Below are positions 45,608 through 50,206 of a DNA stretch of 50,206 nt, piece by piece. The notes below the pieces were generated by a model. The model did not search any database. It saw nothing but the letters and a program-made list of their open reading frames with translations, and was not told the origin of the DNA. Positions within the stretch are counted from its first letter, which is position 1. The number at the start of each line of letters is the position of its first letter. The DNA comes from a virus (Duplodnaviria > Caudoviricetes). The stretch is from positions 1-50,206 of IMG/VR virus record IMGVR_UViG_3300037483_000264; one strand, 5' to 3'. A program made the translations under genes and the position numbers.

Positions 45608-46765
45608 GTGAACTTCGTCCTCCCGCTCGGCACCACCGGCCTCGTCAAGGCGGATCTCGGCCTGCGGCTGTACCTCGCCGCGGTGCGCCAGTCCTCCGCC
45701 GAGGCGGCGATCACGGTTACCGAGGTGGGGTCGAGTGGTGACTACTCGGTCGGCGGGCTGCCCGACGGCGCCGCGACCTCACGCTACGCCCTGACCTACG
45801 AATACCCGGCCGGTGTGGGCGGCTCTTTCTACTGGCCCACGCAGACCGGTGCGCCCGCGCAGCTCGTGATCCCGGTTCGCGAGACGGGGCTCGTTGCGGC
45901 GGACCTTGGCCTCGCGCTCTATCAGGACGGCGTCGCTCGCCCGGACGCTCTCGCCGCGGCCGAGTTGGAGTCTGGCGGCGGCGACTACGCGGTCTCCGGC
46001 TGGCCGCTCTCCGAGACGGGCTCCTGGGTCCTGCGCTGGTCGCGCGCCGGGATCTCGTTCTCGTGCGGCTGGACCGCGCAGCTTGCGACGCTTCCGGGTG
46101 TTTTCCCGGCGGCAACCGCGACCGCTACGGACCGCTCGGCTCGCGCCCTGGCGCTGCGGCTGATCCGCACGAAGGGCCGAACGCTGATTCTGCGCCGGTC
46201 GGCGCGGCAGGAGGTCAAGACCGGCGCCACAGCCGGCACGGTGGCTTCGTCTCCGCTCTCGACCTCCGCCCTGCTCGTCAACGGCACAGCCGCTCTCGGC
46301 GCGACCGCGATCTCGCTCGACGCGGCGGCCGCAACCGGCCTACTGCTCGCCGGCGACTTTCTGGCGATCGCTGGTCACTCTCAGGTCTACACCGTGACGG
46401 GCGGGCCGTACGCTGCGAGCGGGAACGCGCTCGGTCCGGTGACGTTCACGCCGGCGCTCTCCGCCGAGGCGGCCAACAACACGGCGGTGGCCGTGACGTT
46501 CAGCGGCACCGACTCGACGATCAAGGGCGCGGTGAGCGCCGTCTCGAAGGCGCTGCTCGCCGCTGGGCTCGCTCAGGTCGGCGACGTGCAGATTCTGGTG
46601 GCGCAGAAGGCGCTCGACGACGCCTCACTCACGATCGTGCAGGGTCACGAGATCTTCCTCGGCGACTCGACCTCGGCACCGCGCTACACGGTGCTGCGCG
46701 TCGAGCCGATCCCGAGCGGCGAGCAGGACGCCGCGGTGACGGTCTTCGGGAGGCTGCGAGGCTGA
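45608..46765 (+). CDS. Head-closure-like protein with added domains
   Basis: ALRLIRTKGRTLILRR...GDVQILV...YTVLRVEPI.SG core; N-terminal duplication; in the neck module. Confidence 0.6.
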   Translation: MNFVLPLGTTGLVKADLGLRLYLAAVRQSSAEAAITVTEVGSSGDYSVGGLPDGAATSRYALTYEYPAGVGGSFYWPTQTGAPAQLVIPVRETGLVAADLGLALYQDGVARPDALAAAELESGGGDYAVSGWPLSETGSWVLRWSRAGISFSCGWTAQLATLPGVFPAATATATDRSARALALRLIRTKGRTLILRRSARQEVKTGATAGTVASSPLSTSALLVNGTAALGATAISLDAAAATGLLLAGDFLAIAGHSQVYTVTGGPYAASGNALGPVTFTPALSAEAANNTAVAVTFSGTDSTIKGAVSAVSKALLAAGLAQVGDVQILVAQKALDDASLTIVQGHEIFLGDSTSAPRYTVLRVEPIPSGEQDAAVTVFGRLRG

Positions 46766-47247
46766 TGGGCATCAAGAACCTCGGCAGCTTCAGCTCGGGT
46801 CTCGACCGCCTCGCGCGAGAGATCGACAACAAGGCGCTCCTCGCGCAGAAGAAGCTCGCCTTCCTCGTACTCGGCGCCTACCTGGCGATGCCGGGCGGCG
46901 GGATCCGCGCCTCAGTCGGCGTGCTGCAGCTTACCCCGGTCGACACCGGGCGCGCGGTCGGCAACTGGCAGGTGTCGCTCAACTCGCCGGCCGACGGTGA
47001 GGTCGAGATCGGCGGCAAGGCGGAAGCCGAGGGCGGCAACAGCAGCGGCAACCGCTCAGCCGCGGAAGCCAAGGCGCAGTCGCGCGCGGCGAGCGCCATC
47101 ACCGGCGCGAAGTTCGGCGGCTCGATCTGGATCTGCAACAACCTGCCCTACATCGTCGTGCTGAACGACGGCGGCGTGAACCGCGTCGCCCACCACATGG
47201 TCGAGCGCGCGATCGCAAACGCGCGCGCGGAGTTCAAGGGGAACTGA
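46765..47247 (+). CDS. HK97 gp10-like neck/tail completion protein
   Basis: TPVDTGRA.GNWQVS, IWICNNLPY...LNDG. Confidence 0.85.
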   Translation: MGIKNLGSFSSGLDRLAREIDNKALLAQKKLAFLVLGAYLAMPGGGIRASVGVLQLTPVDTGRAVGNWQVSLNSPADGEVEIGGKAEAEGGNSSGNRSAAEAKAQSRAASAITGAKFGGSIWICNNLPYIVVLNDGGVNRVAHHMVERAIANARAEFKGN

Positions 47248-47249
47248 CC

Positions 47250-47669
47250 GTGGGCTCGTACCAGGACGCCAACGACAAGCTCCGGTCGCGCTTCGAGGCG
47301 CAGTGGCCAAGCCTGCGGCCGACGGTGCCGGTCGAGATGCCGAACGCGCCGTTCTCGAAGCCGGCGGGCGGCCCCTGGGCGCGCTTCACCGTGCTCTCTG
47401 ATCGCTCGACCGAGCAGCTCGCGGCCGGGCCAGGATCCGGGGAGCGTGCCTTCGGCACCGTGCAGCTCGAGATTTTCGTCCCGATCGCCGACGGCAACGC
47501 GCTCGGCCTCCTGATCGCCGACGACTTTGCTTCGATTTGGCGCGGCAACCCGATCGCCGGGTGGTGGTTCTGGCCGACCCGCACCCTCGAGCTGGGCCGC
47601 GCCAGCGACGATCCCAACTACGCGAAGTTCGACGCCCTCACGCCGTTCCAACGGGAGTTCCAGCCCTAG
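47250..47669 (+). CDS. Tail terminator protein
   Basis: PN..F.KP...WARFTV, GTVQLEIFVP..G; precedes the tail tube gene. Confidence 0.75.
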   Translation: MGSYQDANDKLRSRFEAQWPSLRPTVPVEMPNAPFSKPAGGPWARFTVLSDRSTEQLAAGPGSGERAFGTVQLEIFVPIADGNALGLLIADDFASIWRGNPIAGWWFWPTRTLELGRASDDPNYAKFDALTPFQREFQP

Positions 47670-47699
47670 GCGCCACGAGGCGCAGCAAAGGAGAAGCTC

Positions 47700-48881
47700 A
47701 TGTCCAGTTCCAGCAGGATGCGCCTCACCCGGCTCCGCGAGACGACCTACGGCGTCCTCCCGACGGCGGCGGCCATGCTCCAGGTCCGCCGCACGGGCGG
47801 CAGCGGCAGCGTCGACAACGTCGCGGCGCAGAGCGACGAGGTCCGTCCAGACCTCATGCCGACCGACGTCTTCCGCACGGACAAGACCGCGAAGCAGCAG
47901 ATCGACGACGAGTGGGTCTTCGCCGCCCACGATGCCGAGCTCGAGGACGTCTTCGGTTCGGTGTACTCGACGCCGCTCACGATCGCCGGAATCACGTTCT
48001 CGGCGGCCAACGCCGATAGCAGCTACAACGATTCCGCCAACGGTTTCGTGACCGGCGGGATCGTCGCCGGTGCGGTGATCGACGTGGCCGGCTTCACCAC
48101 CGCCGGAAACAACGGCCGCTGCCACGTGCTGACCGTCGCCGCCGGAAAGATCACGGTCTCGAAGACGCTCACCGACGAGGCTGCAGGCGACTCCGTGACC
48201 ATCAAGGGATCGTGGCTCCGTAACGGCACCACGCGCCACTCGGTGGTCTTCGAGGAGCAGTACCCCGACGTCGGCGCCACGGAGCTGTGGCAGTACACCG
48301 GAAGCTGCTGCACGCAGTGGCAGTGGCAGTTCGACCACCCCGGGAAGATGACGACCTCGTTCAGCTACGAGTGTGCGACCGGGATCTATACCGCCAGCAC
48401 CGCCGGCAACGGGACCGTCACCGCCTACGCTGCGAACCCGGTCATGAACTCGGCCGATCACTTCAAGGTGTCCACGGTGCTGCAGGGCGGGGCGGCGCTC
48501 ACCGCGAAGGTGAAGTCGCTGTCGCTGACGCTGGCCGCCGCCAAGCGGCGCATCGGTGCGGCCGGTTACGTCGGCGCCGTCGATATGGGCATGAACACCT
48601 TCGCCCTCACCGGCCAGATCGGGCTCTACAACGACGCCGCGGCGCGGGCGATCCAGGTCGCCAAGCACAAGGACTTCGTCGTCACCTCGCTGGAGTGGGA
48701 AGAGCAGGACGCGCTCGGCAACATCTACCACAAGTACCTGCCGGCCATCTATTACAGCGGTAGCGGCGCCCCGAGCGCCGGCGCGAAGGACAGCGACGTG
48801 ATGATCACGCTGCCCTTCACCGCGAAGATGGGCTCTGACATCGCGAGCCTGATGCAGATCACCAAGTTCCCGATCGCCTAG
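47700..48881 (+). CDS. Major tail tube protein with an inserted beta domain
   Basis: ETTYGV.P, SDEVRPD, LRNGTT..S..FE, YTG; AAGGAG RBS; no sheath gene is present. Confidence 0.85.
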   Translation: MSSSSRMRLTRLRETTYGVLPTAAAMLQVRRTGGSGSVDNVAAQSDEVRPDLMPTDVFRTDKTAKQQIDDEWVFAAHDAELEDVFGSVYSTPLTIAGITFSAANADSSYNDSANGFVTGGIVAGAVIDVAGFTTAGNNGRCHVLTVAAGKITVSKTLTDEAAGDSVTIKGSWLRNGTTRHSVVFEEQYPDVGATELWQYTGSCCTQWQWQFDHPGKMTTSFSYECATGIYTASTAGNGTVTAYAANPVMNSADHFKVSTVLQGGAALTAKVKSLSLTLAAAKRRIGAAGYVGAVDMGMNTFALTGQIGLYNDAAARAIQVAKHKDFVVTSLEWEEQDALGNIYHKYLPAIYYSGSGAPSAGAKDSDVMITLPFTAKMGSDIASLMQITKFPIA

Positions 48882-48891
48882 CGACCGGGAT

Positions 48892-48931
48892 GGCCGGGCC
48901 GCCGGGTTCCCCCTGGCACGGCGGCTCGGCC
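48892..48931 (+). terminator. Hairpin after the tail tube gene
   Basis: 13-bp stem ggccgggccgccg/cggcggctcggcc; no U-tract. Confidence 0.4.
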
Positions 48932-48979
48932 CGTAGTTCCAGTGTGCGCCAGGGGGACGACGACAGGGGGCAGAGCCTC

Positions 48980-49423
48980 ATGAGCGACGAGACCGCCAAG
49001 CTGAGAGTGCAGGGCTACGACAAGGACCCCGACAAGGTGAAGTTCGGGGCGCCCGTGTCGTTCGGGAAGAACCGCGACGGGACCACCCGGATCATCTGGG
49101 TGCGCCCGCTCAACAGCTACGCCTACCAGGACCGCCTCGAGGCGCTGCGGCGACCGCACGCGCGCGCCGTGCAGCGCGACAAGGACCTTGACCGTGGCCT
49201 CCAGCGGCGCGCGATGGCCGACACGGTCATCCCGCGCTGGGAGCACATCCAGACGCCGGAGGGCGAGGAGATCGAGTTCAACCACGCGAACGTCGTCGCC
49301 TACCTCGAGGACCCCGACCAGTTCTTCGACGTGGTGACAGCCGCCGGCTCCGTCGAGACGTTCCTCCGCGACCAGGTGGAGGACGACCTGGGAAACTCAC
49401 CCGCGTCCTCGAGTGGTGGATAA
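48980..49423 (+). CDS. Tail assembly chaperone (lambda G-like)
   Basis: Between the tube and tape-measure genes; ends LGN with a slippery site. Confidence 0.8.
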   Translation: MSDETAKLRVQGYDKDPDKVKFGAPVSFGKNRDGTTRIIWVRPLNSYAYQDRLEALRRPHARAVQRDKDLDRGLQRRAMADTVIPRWEHIQTPEGEEIEFNHANVVAYLEDPDQFFDVVTAAGSVETFLRDQVEDDLGNSPASSSGG

Positions 49424-49773
49424 GGCACGGCGAGGACAACGACTTCCTCGAGGACCTGTGGTGGCAAGGGACCGACATCGATGAGATCACCAACCGACCG
49501 GATCTGGACCCGTGGTGCGAGCAGACCTGGTACGGGTACTGCCACCTCGCGCGGTCTCGCCCGGTCGGCATGGGGCCGAGCTCGATCCCGGTCTCGGAGA
49601 TCTCGGCGTACATCCACCTGCGCTACCCGCACCACTCGCTCGACGAGAAAATGCGCTTTCTAGATCTGATCGCCGCGATGGACGCGCACTACATGAAGGT
49701 GCAGAAGGAGCTCCACCCGGAGCTGTTCGGCGACAAGACGCCGGGGCACTCGGGGCTGTCGTCTGTGAGCTGA
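49390..49773 (+). CDS. -1 frameshift extension (lambda GT-like); slippery site G GGA AAC at 49390-49396
   Basis: X XXY YYZ heptamer in the correct phase; the -1 frame is open to 49773 (RPDL...W...SRPVGMGPSSIP.SEI). Confidence 0.82.
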   Translation, partial: GKLTRVLEWWIRHGEDNDFLEDLWWQGTDIDEITNRPDLDPWCEQTWYGYCHLARSRPVGMGPSSIPVSEISAYIHLRYPHHSLDEKMRFLDLIAAMDAHYMKVQKELHPELFGDKTPGHSGLSSVS

Positions 49774-49779
49774 GGTGCG

Positions 49780-50206
49780 ATGAGCGGCCAGCGCGAAGTT
49801 CTCCAGATCGAGATCGACGGCTCCGGGTCGGTCGCCGGAAAGAAGGTCGTCGTCCAGAGCCTGGACGAGATCAAGCAAAAGGCCGGTGACGCGGGTCATG
49901 GCTTCAGCCGCATGGAGAGCCTGGTCGGTGGCGTGACGTCGCGCATCGGCGCGTTGATTTCTGGCGCCGGCATTGCCCTGCTGCTCAGAAGCATCGTACG
50001 CGAGGCGAGCGAGGCGGCCGCTTCGATGGCGCGCCTCGACGCGGTGCTCGCTGCGACGGGCGGCCGCGCCGGCGTCTCGGGGGATCGACTCCGCGACCTG
50101 GCTTCCGAGATTCAGCGCACCACAGCCTTCGGCGACGAGGCCGTCATGGACGCCGAGTCCACGCTGCTGCGGTTTTCGCGCGTCCAGGGCGAGGTCTTCG
50201 AGCGAG
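49780..50206 (+). CDS. Tail tape measure protein, 5' part
   Basis: GAGG RBS and ATG at 49780; codon phase at 50080 matches base 1. Confidence 0.9.
   Translation, partial: MSGQREVLQIEIDGSGSVAGKKVVVQSLDEIKQKAGDAGHGFSRMESLVGGVTSRIGALISGAGIALLLRSIVREASEAAASMARLDAVLAATGGRAGVSGDRLRDLASEIQRTTAFGDEAVMDAESTLLRFSRVQGEVFER
50080..50206. repeat. Terminal direct repeat, right copy
   Basis: Identical to 1-127. Confidence 0.97.

Noticed and set aside
49390-49396. Programmed -1 frameshift as a novelty
   Set aside because: Likely real, but a well-known feature of tail assembly chaperones; listed as a feature only.
50080-50206. 127-bp terminal repeat as a biological direct terminal repeat
   Set aside because: It falls mid-gene and its length equals a common assembler k-mer, so it is best read as a circular overlap.

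Overview
The window is an apparently complete, circularly assembled, GC-rich siphovirus-type phage genome. Bases 1-127 are repeated exactly at 50080-50206, giving a unit length of 50,079 bp, and the cut falls inside the tape-measure gene. The + strand carries packaging, head, tail and lysis modules (about 32.1 kb through the junction to 14.0 kb). The - strand carries one long early operon (30.5 kb to 14.06 kb): Cro-like and XRE HTH proteins, CII-like regulator, RAMP/Cas7-like protein, Cas4-like nuclease, Sak4-like ATPase, SSB-like protein, replication initiator, two DNA methyltransferases, NDT-family protein, VRR-NUC and an AlpA-like excisionase. The top candidate system is a stand-alone RAMP/Cas7-like gene (28103-28723) followed directly by a 180-nt array of 36 perfectly phased NN-GGY pentamers (27921-28100), which looks like a non-CRISPR guide RNA. 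Other notable observations: (1) an HNH endonuclease gene with its own RBS nested in the +1 frame of an uninterrupted methyltransferase; (2) a circularly permuted Cas4-like nuclease; (3) an attP (3' half of tRNA-Thr(CGT) plus an IHF box) with no recognisable integrase or CI repressor, and apparent deletion scars at both places; (4) two fibre-like structural genes with Sec-type signal peptides; (5) a holin fused to a secreted Cys-rich domain; (6) structured non-coding elements. All family assignments come from motif recognition by eye; no searches were run.
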